From: Azolla caroliniana
Lineage: Eukaryota; Plantae; Polypodiophyta
Assembly (NCBI GenBank): GCA_043228905.1
Contig: JBHGNT010000129.1
Coordinates: 7,552-71,551 of the forward strand
Length of the DNA stretch: 64,000 nt
Reading direction: 5' to 3'
The notes under the pieces were generated by a model that did no database searches, was not told the DNA's origin, and saw only the letters and a program-made list of their open reading frames with translations. This document shows, one piece after another, positions 13,418 through 29,400 of this stretch. Position numbers and translations under genes: made by a program. The first letter of the stretch is position 1, and the number at the start of each line of letters is the position of its first letter.

Positions 13418-14445
13418 GGAGTTATTGTATATGTTCTTATTCATCCATCGTCAATCTTGACACTCCATGATCTTTCACAAAAAACTTCCGTATATTTGCA
13501 AGGATAGACCCAGAATTTGTGCTCATTGCCTTGGAACCATGAAATGTTGGGGATAACTTGTCTCCCAAAACTAATGTTCCATCCATTACAATTGGGATTA
13601 TCATAAATTTGTGAAATGGTTGGGATATTTTGAGCATTACCATATGTCTTACCATTTCAATACCCTAATATAATCAATGATCATTATGGATGCAACCTAA
13701 ACTTTAGGGATTAATAAGCTATTGCAACTATATTAGGCACAAGGTACAATCAAGTGGGGAAATGTATGTTGGTTATCATGACAAGCCCCAGTAGACAAGT
13801 ACAAACATCAGAAGGAGGGGATGACGTTGGTGATAAAGGCAGAAGAGATCTTGTTTTCCGCCATCGACAATATCCACTCAACTCTTATTAATGCCAAAGC
13901 TCAAGTTGTGTTTGAATTGGTCAGCCCGATAACCTTTTGGGTGCTCTAGAAACAATGGTGTAGATGGGTCTTTTTCAATGAAACCTTGCATCATCTAACA
14001 TTAATGCAGGAGATATGGAGTGAAGTTGTAGCCATTCTAAAGAGCCAATACGATTGCCTCAGAGCGGATCCGATGGAGTTGAAAGACAACAATTAGCCTT
14101 CATCCAACAATGGTCGTCCTCTCCCATTCTTGAGTCAGTGGGCCTCCACATAAGATGGAACTATCGCGTTCCTATTGGGTTTGTATATAACATTCTCATC
14201 TCTAAAATTTTATAACTAATGGAAGGGATTAATTTCTTTTGTGTCTTCTAGAACACATGATGGGAAATGTTGTTAAAGTTGAATGTCATCCACATGAACC
14301 AACAGAAAAAAATATGTGACGAACACATCAATTTTCTAGCTCCTCAAATTTCAAGTAGTGTCTTAAGTAAACACCAACCCAAAGTTTGTGGTTCTCTTGA
14401 TCTATGGTAAGGTTCTTTTGGCTTTCAATAGATGATATTTGCATG

Positions 14446-14692
14446 TGGCTATGGGCCTTGATTTGGCTCAAATTAAATTGATCGATAAGCCATGATTTGA
14501 TGGCTCAATGGTTTGAATTTAATTAAATGGTTCGCTTTGGTTTTCAAATATAATCAAAGCCATGATTTGATGGCTTAAAGGTTCGAATATAATTAAATAG
14601 GTTGATTTGGTTTCGAATCTCATTAAACAGTTCGGTCTCAATTTGGTATGGTTCTAAAACGAAGGTTTATCGGTTTAAGCCCAATCTAGCTA
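14446..14692. mobile_element. Degenerate GGTTT-rich MITE-like element
   Basis: GGTTCG/GGTTT motifs with an internal duplication. Ends resemble TGGCTATGGGC..GCCCAATCTAGCTA. Confidence 0.35.
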
Positions 14693-14736
14693 TTTATTAT
14701 AGAACTAAACTTCCATCATTAAATGGATGTGTAGGT

Positions 14737-16760
14737 GATTCTTCCATCAAATATGAAAATGTTCACATAAGCACATGTGCCACTTATTCTTGGAAGCCAT
14801 CATTATGTGATTAGGACTTTAGTTATGCAAAATACGTGCTTATCCATTATTGTGTCTTCGTCATTCTAATTGTCAAGTGGCAACCATTTGGACTATACAC
14901 CAAACACACCAATGACATTGGATGACACTTATTAAGAATTCCAAACTACTCCATGGGCCACATAGTCTCAAATACATTCACCTTCCACGCACATTGATCA
15001 CACAGACAACAACAATTTGCCAAACCATGAATTTCGTTTTCAACTAAGTTCTTTTACACGTCAACGTCGACATCCACCTTAGACAACTCTCACTTTCACT
15101 TAGTGTTGTGTGGTTCATAAAAATATATTTCCTATCTCATGAATTAGTAGTGCAATATGTCTTGTGTTTGACATATTGGATAATGTCTCGTTGATAAAAG
15201 CAAGCACATTAGGATATTATCGAGATTAATAGATCAATGCAAGGGCCGTGGGCATGTAGTAAGGGGTTAATTGGTCCCATGTATGTTATGTATCGGTCAC
15301 ATAAGTTGGGTAAGGGGGTTCCATTCAAAAGCATGTGTGTATTGGATGTTAGAACTTAGGGTGAAAATCAATGTCAGATCTTTCTTGCACAAGCAGTGAC
15401 TAGGGGCTTATATGACTAGGTCTTGACAATATCCTTCCAGAAACCTTATGGATACCAAGGTTCATATTTGGTTGGTGGCTAGTGTCAAGACAACAATTGC
15501 ATTTGACATTTGCATGGTAATCAAGCAATTGAGAGAGTAAAAACAATGTTTAATTTTAAACGCCCACCTTAAGCATTGGTCATACTAGTCCCAACACAAT
15601 GTTGTTCTAAGTTCTAACCTTGCTACTTTTTATATAATCTCCATCACACTATTCATTTTGAGATTTATGTTCATCCATAAACCTTGCATAATTTGTCATT
15701 AGCTCATACACGAAACTAAAAAAAATTTAAGTTGGACCATGTGTATGTGTGTGTATGTATGTATGTATGTATACACACACACACACACATGAGCATGCAA
15801 TTCATTTTAGTTTTTTTATCTACAATTCATCTTCCACCTTTGAAAGTGAAATGCAAGTGATTCTTTCAACGAATATAAAAATGTTCACATAAGCAAGTGT
15901 GATGCTTTTTCTTGGAAGCCATGATTACGTGGTCTTGACTTCAATTGTGCAAAATATGTTCTTATCCATAATTGCCTCTTAATCTTGCAATTGTAAAGTG
16001 GAGCAATTAGGACTTCGCAACAAACACACAAACATTGGAAGTAACATTAAGAGCTAAAAACGACTTTGTGGGCCACAATTCTCCAATACATTCACCTTCC
16101 ACCCACATTTATCACAACGACAATAACAACACACCAAACCATGAATTTCGTTTTCAACTAAGTTCTTTTACACATTGATGTCAACATCTAATTTAGCCTA
16201 CTCTCACTTTCATTTATAGTGTTGTGGGGTTCCTAAAAATATAGTTTATTATTCATGAGAAAGTAGTCCAATGAGTCCTCTATTTGAACATGTTGTTTAA
16301 TGTCTACTAGGTAATAGCTAGCACATTAGTATATTGTCTAGATTATTAAGTCAAAGTATAGCCATGTATATGGTATGGCTCATATGTTTGTGTAGGTTGG
16401 CTAGGGTTCCATGCACAACCATGGAAATATATTGAATGTTAGGGTGTAAGTCAACGCCATATCTCTTCCATGTAAGCAACAAATAAGGCATTATAGGGTC
16501 AAGTTCTTCCTCCTTACACAATCCTTATAGATTACCAAGGTCGCTATTAGTGGTCAATGTCAAGAAAATAACTGTCTTTTTTATCTTTGCATGGTAATAG
16601 ACTAATCAAGGAGAGTAAGCAACAAGTAGGGCATTGTAGGGCCAAGTTCCTCCTCCTTACACAATCCTTATAGATTACCAAGATCTCTATTAGTGGTCAA
16701 TGTCAAGACAATAAGAGTCTCTTTTATCTTGGCATGGTAATAGACTAATTAAGGAGAGTG
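14737..16760. repeat. Diverged ~800-bp direct duplication (14737-15540 vs 15857-16620) plus ~140-bp tandem duplication (16478-16760)
   Basis: Collinear shared blocks such as AAACCATGAATTTCGTTTTCAACTAAGTTCTTTTACAC in both copies. Confidence 0.8.
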
Positions 16761-17530
16761 TGCACGAGGGAAAACGGTTAAAATTTTGAAACATTAAGAA
16801 AATTGAACCTAACAACAAAACCTTTAAATCGAAACCATTCAAACCAACTTGTTTGAGGGATTTTGAAAGCTCAAACCAATGTTATAGTTTGAGAGATTTA
16901 CAAACCGTTTAGTTGTTGCTTTTGCAATCTTGTTCTAGTGCAAACTAAACCATTCAAGAGTTTGCCGTGATTCGAGAATCTCAAATCAAATCATTTAAAA
17001 AGATTGAAACTTGATGAATACCAAACCCAGTTGTGAAACCCTTAAACCGAAACTGTTCAAATCAAATTCATTTGAAGGATTTCCAAAGTCAAACCAGACA
17101 ATTCAAGAGATTTATAAACCATTAAGTTATAGTTTTGGCAAATTTGTTTTAGTGCAAACCAAATTTTGTGTTAGTGCAAACCAAATTTGTTAACTTTTGC
17201 ACAATTCTTTAACAAAGAGTTTTCCAACCAAAAGGTTTTTGCTTATAAACTAAGGCAAGAAGAAAATATCGGATCAAATGCAATAACTTATTACGTGAAT
17301 AGGCTATAGCTCTTAATTTTCTAAAGCTAATTCAAATTTATAAATATATACAAAATATCCTAACCCCAAACAATGAAGGTTCCAAACCAACAACTTAAAG
17401 CCGGTTAACCGGTAAATTGTTAAGCCAATAAAGGCTCAAACCTTGAGCCCCTAAGCCAAACCAACCCCTAAACAAATTACAAATATTATAAACCTAAACC
17501 GAATCGGTTAAACTAGTTCGTGCAATTCAT
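16757..17530. mobile_element. Degenerate AAACC-rich non-autonomous element
   Basis: AAACC motif arrays, an internal duplication, and TGCACGA..TCGTGCA inverted ends. Confidence 0.4.
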
Positions 17531-18264
17531 TTTGGCTCAAACTGAACCATTGCATATTGTCAATTGAAAGTTCACCTTTTCGTATTTAGAGCTTGTATGT
17601 AAAATCCATGAACTATTCATACAAGTTTACAACATGTATGGTACTTACATTGCAATTTGCCATGCATGATACATCTAGATTTGTTTTTTGGAATAATAAT
17701 AAAAAACAAATTATTTCTTGGCCTTGCTAATTATTGTCAAATGAAATACTTTTTTTCCAAAAAAAAAGTGAAATACTTTTATTTTCCAAATAATTAGGAA
17801 TAACGAAATTGAGTCCAAACCTTACACTTTAAAGTTGAATACAATATTTTTTTTCTTCCTTTCATATCCAAAAAAATAAAGTAACATAATTTATCCATTT
17901 TTTTTGAAATACTACCAAAAACCAAAAGAAGGACATGAGTCAAATGCGAAGTTTTTTAGTAACAAATGCTTGTTTGGGCTCTCATTTTGTATGAGTAAGG
18001 GTTTCTAAAGTATTAAAACACGGTTCAATATTTTACTTGGGACTAAAAAATAACACAAATGCTATTAAGTTTCCATTATTCCCTAAATGCCCACAATCTG
18101 GGAAAGTGAGAAGAAGGGTATGTTCCCAGTGTTGCCTTTTGACGGCCAACATTGCCTGTCATGAGAACGGTATTCCAAAATTTTTGCCCGTCAAATTGAC
18201 GGTTTACCAAAAAAAAAAGCCCTTCAAAAAGTAAATACATCGAATATTTGTACGAAACAATATA

Positions 18265-20505
18265 TTATACCCTTCTATCCTTTGCATCTTTCCAAATTTC
18301 ATATACATGATCCCATTGTATCTCTTCAATGTGTGGCCCATTCAATGAGACTCGCATTAAATCATCTAAATGCTCTATATTCAATAGATTTCTTTTCATC
18401 TCTTTGATGAGATTTTGCTTAGAAAACCCTCTCTCACACGAAACTGTGCTAGACGGAATAACCAAAGTAGCTTGCCATAATTTCATCAAATGAGGGAAAC
18501 TATCTTGCCAATCCTTCATTTTGCAAAACATACGCCAAGCTTCATGCATAGTATAGCCTTCACAATTTAAACGTAAAGTGTCAACAAACCTATAGAGTTC
18601 CATTTCACAAGCCTTTGCATCATGTAAAATTTGAGGACATGCATTGACATCAACATTTGGCTGTAAGTGAGAAATCAAAATTCCCAACCATGTCTTTGCT
18701 TTACTATCCCTAATCACATCATCATCTGCGTAATGGCATGGGCTGAATAATTTTGCTGCATTGAAGAGGCTTAAGTCAGGGAATCTTGCATTTAGTCCAT
18801 CAATAACATTTTGCACATAATTTTGAGATAGTTTAATACAACTTTCAAGTGATCCATCTATAAATGGCCTCATTCCCTTAGATTTTGCAATATTGGGATT
18901 TGTATCATTTTGACTTGCTTTATCCATAGGAATTTGTTTGAAGTATAGTTCATGTCTATATGTAACGCCATCTTTATCCTCTATTTCCAAAAACCCAACT
19001 TTAGAGCATCTTAAGAACTTGGACAAATACATTGTTCCATCCGCAAATGTGTCATTTCTCAAGAAAGACCTTCGCAAATTAGAAATTGTAATATCAATTT
19101 CTGCACCAATTGAAGTTACATCCAAATTCTCTTTTTGAAGTTTCAAGCTCAAGATATTCATCAAATGCAACACATCAGCCATCATACAAAAGCAAAATTG
19201 CACACTATAGATACAAGCTTTATTATACCACTCGTTTAAGCTCTCTTTCTTCCAAATAGTAAGTATTGCAGGCATTATACTCACTAGTCTTTCCATGACT
19301 TGACCACGTGACAACCAACGAATATTATGAATTTGTAATGGTCTATGAGCATCCAATTGCATTTGTTCCAAGAGCTCTAAAATTTCATGTGTCCTTTTGG
19401 TACTATTGTTAGCCCATGCATATACCTTATTTGCAATTTTTTCTACAAGAATGAGCTCAGGGATATCTTTAGATACATCTGAAATAACCAATGCTTCTCT
19501 ATGAGCAATACAATGTACACCAACCAAATTTGGGATATCATTTTTCATTAATGTTACTATTCCAATTTCACTACCAATCATTGATGACGCACCATCAGTT
19601 GCCAATCCAATCAACTTGTTCATGTTGAGGCATCGACCGCCTAATAGATGCTTAACATGTTCATATATAGTTCTACCTTTACCATTGGGAATTTTCAGCA
19701 AACCCATATATTCAGTTTGCTTAGGCCCACAACCACCACATTGCAAGTATGTAACATACATAATGAGATGCAACTCTAATCTATTGTCAGTACTTTCATC
19801 TAGCATCAAAGAGTAGTATGGGGAATTTATTAGGTTTGAGCTTTGAACTTCTAGAAGATATTTCCCGAAGGCAACCAAAAATTCATATCCCCCATATCAA
19901 CTAGTATAAGATATATAATCATGTTGCTTAGGCATATTAGGCACCTCTAGTAGCATAGCTAAATCACATAATTCTTGGTATGTAGCAATAAACAAATCTT
20001 TTTTTGCAATAAAGTACATGAGTTTCATTGTTGTTATGACCTTATTTTTGTTAATATCATCCAATTGTGATACATGCTTTGGGATGGACATTGCTTTCCC
20101 TTCAACATCACATATCCACTTTGATGCACATAATTTATGACCACTTGAGTTAACATGGGTCAAAATTGCATCAAGTTGCAAAGTAATGCATCCAGAACCA
20201 AGACCCCAAGGCCCAAGACTAGCGTATTTCTCACACCATGCACATTTCATTAATGTTTTGTCTCCTTGCATAATGCATCTTATCCATGGGAATTTATCCC
20301 TCCATGCTTCACGGAATTTTCTCTTAGGCTTTTCTTTAGTTATATTAGAGGAACAACTCTCTCGAGTTAAACTCTCTAAATCAGTCCCAAACATATCCAT
20401 ATCCTCATTTAAATCATTGTTTATATTTATGTCATTGGTATCGTTGGGTGGTTTCCATGCAAACATCGCACTAATGGTTCGTTGATTTTTTCTATTGGGA
20501 GCCAT
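18265..20505 (-). pseudogene. hAT transposase (ZNF862/KIAA1586-like), ~746 codons, one in-frame TGA at 19897-19899
   Basis: N-terminal TTF-type Zn finger (KFREAW..FPW..CAWC..H..S..H). Catalytic motifs LDESTD, TDGAS, HCIAH, RWLS and CERGFS. The two listed ORFs share one frame (YTS*YGGYEFL). Confidence 0.9.
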
Positions 20506-21285
20506 AATTATTCTAAACAAGAAGAAATGGGTCATGTAAGAAAAGATCATGCCATCAGTTCAAAACAATCACTAGCATCATTAAACCCATGCATATTAGT
20601 TCTGACCTATTGAGCAATGAGATTTTACATGAATATAATTCCCAAACTTTTGCCCTTAAAGAGGAGAGCAATACTAGTTTTGATGGACTAGTAAAAGAAT
20701 TTGGTGGTATATCTAGTAAAAGCCATTGTAAATTTTCGTAGAGGGAAATATATAGGGTAAGTTGGACTTCGTCTAGATGCAGAATGCCAACCTAGATACA
20801 CCACAACATAATGTTACTACGTAGCATGTTTTTCCAGTAAAACATGTACGAGACAATGATGCCATAAATGCAAGGATAAGTCCAAAGATTAATTGGTTTG
20901 GTATTTAACACTATACAATAAAGTTAGATATGCAAGCCATATCCTATAGAGTTTTTGCTTTGGTCCTAGAGGAGTTCGCGACATGTTAACATGTTAACAT
21001 CAACTGGCAACATGAACTAACATGATGAAACATGATTTTATTATTATTAACTAGCCTCGCCGATGCATCCGCCACTCCATACACGATTCTATGTGCACAT
21101 ACGTATATGTGACACCTCGAAATATATGCATAGATATCTATCTATCAACCTAACCTACACTTAGATGATGATGTATGGACATACACATATACATATATTA
21201 TACAAGATGCATGTTGATGTATGTCTCGATGCATCAATGGGTGAGGACCTTGGCAATTTACTACTCCTCTGAGCTTCGATTGTAG

Positions 21286-21756
<471 letters not shown>

Positions 21757-23469
21757 GCTTCATATTTAGGGTTTGGACTTTCTATGATGGTGTAGGTTGC
21801 ATGCATGAAATTAGAGTTTTTTGTGTCTGGTTTTTCTTGCGGACTAAATGTATCCTGTTAGTTTTTCTAAATATTCAATTACTAGTGTTCTTTGCATTCC
21901 AGAGAGAGAGAGAGAGAGAGCTACCTTAGATGGGTGAGTAGGACTGTTGTAGGTGTTGCTGAAAGCCTAAATCTATGAGTAGACTGTAGCAGGAAACGAG
22001 CAACAAGCTTCGAGTAGGGATAGTTATTAGTGAGCATTGAGTTGCGAGCTTCCAGCAAGGTGCAGGGCCGAGGGAGCAACGAAGAAACAGGGGAAAAGGG
22101 GAGAAATGGGGGGAGATGGGGGAAAATGGGGGAAAGGGGGGGAAAGGGAAAGGAAGGTTTTAGATGGGGAAACGGGGCGGGGGAATTGGGAAGAAAAGAT
22201 TCATAATTTAGAGTCTAGACTCTATTAGTTTTTTTACCTTTTCGTTACACACATATGTGAGTCTTTCAAATTCATACACTCCCAATGCAACTTGAACAAT
22301 TTGTTCCTACTACCTAGGACTATAATACTATTGTATTGGTCTTAGTAAAATTTGACGGTATTAGGAAATTTTAAGCCTTCATTTTTATGTTTTCATAAAA
22401 CATATGCCCGTCAAGATTGACGGTTTCATTTTTAAATTAACCTTCATATACGGTTAAATTTGCCAAAAACGTTCAAAACGGCCGTCAAAAGGCAACACTG
22501 TATGTTCCTATGAGTAGAGTATAACTATCAAACATATATAACCATGGAAACGAGGGATGACTTGACCATGTGGTCACTCAAATATGTATGTACCACAATA
22601 TGTAAGTAATGGAGAGAGAGAGAAATGATTAACCAAAGGTATTTCAGTAATATCCAAATGTAATTAAATAAAATAAAATCATTGCCAAGTGTAGGAGTTT
22701 TTCTTATCCCAATACAATTATATTATGAATACACATTTGTGTTTGACATGATGAGGTAATAATCCAATGTTTATAGCAATGAATATATTCCACTTTCATT
22801 TCTTTCTCAAAGTGGTACTCATGTTTCGTGTTCATAAAAACAAAATGCATCACTTGCTTTTTCATCAAATGCCGAACTTATTGCTATGATTAGAAATGCA
22901 TGTTTCAACATGGAATGTATCAAGATGTGAAGAATCCCACACTTAACAATGGTATGACTAAGGGGTATGGTTAATGGACTTACAATGCAAGGATATAAAT
23001 GTTCATGGGCATGCCATGGAAAAAAACTCTATTATGATTTAGAAAAAGCAAATGATTCATGGAAAGGAAAGCACACACATTTCATAGCTCATGATTTTTC
23101 ATCAAAAGCTCAACATCATGGAAAAAAGCCCATCTCTCTATTTAAGAAGATCACCAAATAAATACACATGGACAATGGCGGAGGATTGCTAGATAAAGTT
23201 ATAATCTTTTTCTTAAAACTATAGCCCACAAAAGAGAACAAGAAGAATTTTTACATGGAGCAGAGAGCTAAGTACCTTTTTTACATGTTAAAGTGTGATA
23301 TGGTCTTGGCCATTGGAAAGTGATGCCTAGACACTCATTGATCATTTCAAAGGACTTGGTATGTACATTCCTCAATCCAATAGAACTCCTTAAGCCACCC
23401 ATAAAGGACCAGACTTTGTTGACGAATATATCAATGAAACAATAATAATTTTATACACATACCCTAAAA

Positions 23470-23832
23470 AGTCTTGAAGTTGTTTCTAAATAGTCAATTG
23501 CGACCTCTCCATAGCTTCATATGTGGAGATGCAAGCTTTCAACACAACGTGGGCAAGTATCAAACTTTGTTTTACCTCAAATTGCCATTTGAGTGGGTTC
23601 AAAGACAATTGGTACTCACCCTATCTCTATGTCTCCTTATTAGGACGAAGAGGTTCATGCCCATACCAAATTCCAATGCATATCACCAAGTTGTCTTGTT
23701 GCATCTTATCAACAAAACTTGTTCAATTGTTTGAATCACTTGATTGATAACGACTTTTCTTCAATTTGATTTTAAAGTTATTGTTAGAAAAGGGAAGAAT
23801 CAAGTCTAAAACCACTTCTCATGTTGGCAAGT
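23470..23832 (+). pseudogene. Highly decayed Ty3/gypsy RNase H remnant
   Basis: ICGDAS and HQVVLLHLINK resemble the gypsy DAS and DHQAL..L.NK motifs. Confidence 0.4.
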
Positions 23833-25136
23833 GGTGGTGTTGGCATAAAAGGTCGACTCCTTCCACTTTGTAACTGTAGTGTGAACACGTCCTCTAGTTA
23901 GGGCTTGAGTATATAAGCTCAACCCTAACATTGTAACGAAATCTTCTTCTTGAGTCTTGTAGTAGACAGAGAGTTACAAAATAACAAAGAACTTCCATTG
24001 AAGCTCGAACTGTGTGTGTGCTTCTATTTCATCACCTGTCATATTTTTTGTGTTGTTTGTTGAGCATAATACGACATTTCCTCATACACGCTTCCGCATA
24101 TATGTTCACATACACCCCAACAAGTGGTATCAGAGCGACATGCTGTTCAGCGACAACAAACAACAGAAAAATCTGAAAGAAAAGCCTAGGTCAGTAAAAT
24201 CTCACTTTCAAAAGAGAATGGCTTCAACATCCGGTACAGGGGTTGAAATCAGAAAGTTCAATGACAAAAATTTTTCCCTATGGAAGGAGATGATGCAGGA
24301 TGTACTTATCATCCGACGTAAAATCGAGGCAATCGATGACAACAATACGACGCTCACTGGACGAAATAGCCAGGTCGACCATTCGTATGCATTTGGCCGA
24401 AAATGTCTATTTCAGCATGGCAAAAGAGACGACAACGTTCTCACTATGGGAGAAATTACAGGCTATATACGAGAAAAAATCCTCCTCATTAAAACTCATA
24501 TTGTTTCGACAACTGTTCAATATGAAGATGAGAGAGTCGGACCTAGTGACCTCCCACATCAACACCTTCAGTTAGGTGTTGTCTAAACTCTCCTCCCAAG
24601 GGATCAACTTCAAAGAAGAAGTTAAGGCTCTTGCCCTCCTTTCGAGCTTGTCGACGAGTTGGGAGGTATTCTGCTTGACATTTGCCAATAGTTATCCAAA
24701 TCTGAACTTAGATGAGAAATAGGACAAGTCCTCACTGAGGACATTCGGCGAAAATCAATGGGACTCGCTATCGATGAGTTAGCAGAAGCCAACCACTTGA
24801 TTGAGTCGATCGGCCGATCCAATCAATTGAGAGAATGAGCCGACGGAACCGGCAGAAATACCAACCAACCGGGTAAGAGGGGAGACCAACAACGGTCGAA
24901 ATCGAGAAATAGCCGACTAGGAGATTTTTGCACTCATTGCAAAAAAGCCGATCATAACGTTTTCGACTGTTGGTCGATCAAGAGAAGAGAGAGCGGTTGG
25001 CGATCCGGGCGGAACCCAGGAAGATCCGACTCGAACCGCTCTCCAGTTGGTAACCAAATCAATGTTGCACTCCTGATTAGGAGAAATCCTCTCTCTAGAG
25101 GACTCGATGATTAGAGAAGTCCTCTACATTGCACTA

Positions 25137-25252
<116 letters not shown>

Positions 25253-25655
25253 GTTACTGGACTCCGGTGCCACATTTCACGTGATCTCGAACATCGAATG
25301 GTTTTTGAATTATTCAGCCAACAACATTAGCACAATCCGACTAGGCAATGGGGAGGAGTGAAGAATTGCAAGAATTAGCGAAGTACCAATCCGATTAGTT
25401 CAGCATGTACCCGCACTAAAAAGAAGTATGGTCTCCATTGGCATGTTAGCTGAAGACAGGTACAGAATGACTCTGAGTGGGTCGACATGGATGATTAGCT
25501 GAGGAAATCTAAAGATTGGAAATGGATACAAGTACAATAACTTGTATCCAATAATGGTGATCAATCCAGAAGGGGCCGTGAATGTAGCCGAATCGGCCGA
25601 CCTAAACCTATGGCATGGCCGACTCGGCCATATGTCACAAGCTGGACTTGACCGA

Positions 25656-26161
25656 TGTCGTGAGGATTTTTGACTATGGTGAGAAAACCCGAGTAGGACA
25701 GACAAAATGGGATGTGCAACATTGCACATGCACTTAGGAAATTTGTAAAATAAGAATAAGAAAACAAACGTAAAAAGAAGGGTAAAATGTAAGGTGCTAA
25801 AAGTGCACTACAAAGTTTGTGAAGTATAAATGTAGACTAAAGGGGCATGCATGGAAGTACGAGTGTAATAAGTAGAGGGCATGTTTGTGTGTGAAAATGA
25901 GGGGAGAGGGAGTTAAGGCCCCTATCAATCTCTCCTCCTAAGATCAAGGCAAATATTCACCCTTTGAAAGGAGTGCAAGATTTGGCCTCTCATTTTGTAA
26001 TAAGCCTCGCCCCTTTCTACTATAAAAAGGGGTAAGGGGTCACCATTGAGAGGGTCACCATTTTGTTGTTACCTATTTCGTTTCTACTTCATCTTTACCT
26101 ATTTCGTTTTAGGGTTTTCGTTTGGTCATCGTGGTAGTAGTTAGGAAGGTTTAGGGTTTCA

Positions 26162-26228
<67 letters not shown>

Positions 26229-26422
26229 TAGTCATTATTGTTTCTTCTAGTTGTGCGTGGGTTCGGTCTAATCGGTCGTGATTGTAATCATTTTGTGGCT
26301 TTTCTCCTACCCTTTTGAGCTCGAAGGCCGTAAGGGTTAAGCTCCCATTTCCCTGCTACTCCCTAGGCCAAGACCCCCGTGGTCCCGCCCAAGCCGACAT
26401 GTACTTGCGGATTTCCGTGACA
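25656..26422 (+). mobile_element. Gypsy solo LTR inserted in the copia GAG-pre-integrase region
   Basis: TGTCGTGA..CGTGACA termini. 4-bp TSD CCGA/CCGG. Removing it restores LWHGRLGHMSQAGLDRLMAVNYIPKL. Has the U5 motif GACCCCCGTGGTCCCGC. Confidence 0.85.
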
Positions 26423-29400
26423 CCGGCTAATGGCGGTCAACTACATTCCTAAACTCCTGGTGAAGACAGACTTTTGCGAGCATTGTCGTTATGGGAAACA
26501 GACTCGAGGTCCACATTCTTTCCATTATGAGATGGTACGACATCCCCTAGAGCTCGAGCATACAAATATATGTGGGCCTATGCCTGAGCGATCACTAGGC
26601 GGCTCCCGGTACTTCATCACATTTGTAGATGATTGAACACAGAAGGTTTGGGCCTACTCGATTAGGTCAAATGACAAAGTGCTCAAGCTCTTCAGTCAGT
26701 GGACAGTTGAAGTGGAGAATCGATCATGATACAGAGTAAAGACGCTCCAATTCAACAACGGAGGTGAGTACATCTACCAAGCCATTCATCCCAAGGGAGA
26801 AAAGAACCAAGTTGGCACCCCATGCACTAAATGCATATTCCTCGGTTATGGAACCGATGTGGAATTCGGCTATCGACTATGGGACCTAGAGAACCAGAAA
26901 TTGATCCAGAGTAGTGACGTAGTCTTCAATGAAGACTCTATTATCTCTAAGAGGAACGAACAAAAAATAGTTGGTAAAAGGTATCCTTCAAAGTTGGCGA
27001 AGATGTCGTAGAAGGACCGACCCATCGGGCCGAATCAGAGATTCGACAAACAGTCGAACTCGACCAAGCCGACAACACACTTGCCGACTTTGAATCGGCA
27101 AGAGGTCCATTGGTCGAAATGGATTCGACTAAGAGATTGACAAGATCAACATTGGCCAACCAAGGCAAAGCCGAATCAGCTAGAGTTGAGAAAGGCAAAG
27201 CCACGAAGTGTCAAGCCAAAAAAGATAGAGTTGATTCGACTGACATACCCAAAAAGGCAAAAGGAAAAACCGACCCGAGTCGGTTAAGTCTCCTACCCCT
27301 AAGTCAATCAATCCCCCAAAAGGGGAGGATGATGTGACATCGTCAAACTCGTATTATAGGGGTGAGTCATCCAAGAGGACTCCTGGCATAAGTGGTTCAA
27401 TAAATGCCGATTGACCGACAGAGCCGATCGAAGGATCCGAACTGATCAATTTCGCACCTAGGAGATCTGCACGCATTTGAAGACTGACAAAGTTCTACCA
27501 ATTGGGCCTTGACTACGTCAACTACATCGATGTAGGCGAATCGAGCACATACGAAGAAGCTATAGCCACACCGGACGCAGATACATGGCTGCAAGCCATG
27601 AGATCTGAAATGGACTTGATCCATCAGAACAAAACATGGGAGCTGGTTGAACTACTAATAGGAAGGAAGTTGCTGCCCTGCAAATGGGTATTCACATACA
27701 AATATGTATCCGATTCGGAGAATCCCAAATACAAAGCTCGGCTTGTCCCGAAAGGGTTCAAACAAAAACATGGGGTCGACTACGATGAGATATTCTCGCC
27801 AGTAGTCAAGATGACCACCCTTCGGCTCCTACTTGGGGTCGTGGTTACAGAAGACCTAGAGCTTGAGCATTTAGACGTTAAAGCGACTTTCCGACATGAA
27901 GACTTGGAAGAAGACATCTATATGTCTTAACCAATAGAATTCACGACGACGGGGGAGGAAGGTCACCTCGTATGTCGATTAAAGAAAAGCCTTTATGAGC
28001 TAAAACAATCGTCGAGGATGTGGTACAAGAAGTTTGACTCCCACATCAGGCAACTTGGCTATCACCGGTTCGACTTGGCAACTGGTTGACGAGTCCCTGA
28101 TCTATCTGATCCTATTCGTCAACGACATGCTGATTGCAGGGAGCAATCAAGCTGAAACCGGAAAGCTAAAGTGGATCCTTCACAACAAGTTTGCGATGAA
28201 GGAACTCAGGCAAGCCTGACACATATTGGGAATGAGGATAGAGCAAAATCGGACAACAAAAACCACTGACTCTCCCAATCCGACTATATTCGTAAGGTGC
28301 TAAAGCGCTTCAACATGGAGAATGCGAATCCAACATCAACTCTGCTACCGACGTCGATTTGACTATTGGACAAAGAATGTCCTTCAACGGATGAGGAGAG
28401 AGAGCTCAATAGGAAGATACCCTACGCATCGGCCGTAGGAAGCATCATGTATGCGATGGTGGGGATCTGACCTGACCTTGCCTATGCCGTAGGGGTCGTC
28501 AGCTGATACATGTTGAACCCATGACAAAAGCATTGGGAGGCCGTCAAGCACATCTTCAGGTACCTAAGAGGGACCGAGGATGCATAACTGACTTTTAGAT
28601 TGGCAAACCAATCTGAAGTTGAAGTCTATTCCGACTACGACTATGCTGGAAATACGGACAATCGGAAGTCAACATCAAGCTATATCTTCACCTATGGTGG
28701 TGGCAGGAAGCCATCTAGTTGCACTAACTGACAACCGACTTCTTGACTACAAAAGAAATCGACCATTTAGCGCCGACCATCTATCACGACTCACAGAGCG
28801 CAATACACCTCATTCGGAATCTAGACTATCATGCGAAGACGAAACACATTGAGGTATGGTTTCATCACATCCGAGAGCTCGTAAAAGAGAAGAAGCTCGA
28901 AGTTTGGAAGATCGGCACCGAGGTGAACATCATCGATTGCATTATGAAGCCACTCCCAGAAAAACGCTTTGGAGTACTACGGACAAGGATGGGACTACGA
29001 CAAGCGACCGAGCCGAAGAGCACCGAGCAAGGAGTAGAAGGTAAGTGAAAGACCGAACGACTTGAGCAAGCCGGCCCTGATGATTAGCCGAATCAAGCTA
29101 GATACCGACTCTACCTTTGCCGACTGACTTGTAACTATAAATTTAGATTAAATTGTAATCTAGGTTTACGGGGGAGATAACCCCAAGCTACCATTCTATG
29201 TAGAAAGAGTAGTCCTTTTACGGGGGAATTTGTTGGCATAAAAGACCGACTCCTTCCACTTTGTAACTGTAGTGTGAACACGTCCTCTAGTTAGCATGGC
29301 TTGAGTATATAAGCTCAACCCTAACATTGTAACTAAATCTTCTTCTTCAGTCTTGTAGAGAGAGAGTTATAGAATAACAGAGAACTTCCATTGAAGCTTG

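Noticed and set aside
19897-19899. Recoded TGA or intron in the transposase
   Set aside because: The frame continues directly with plausible residues and there is no intron. A point mutation is simpler.
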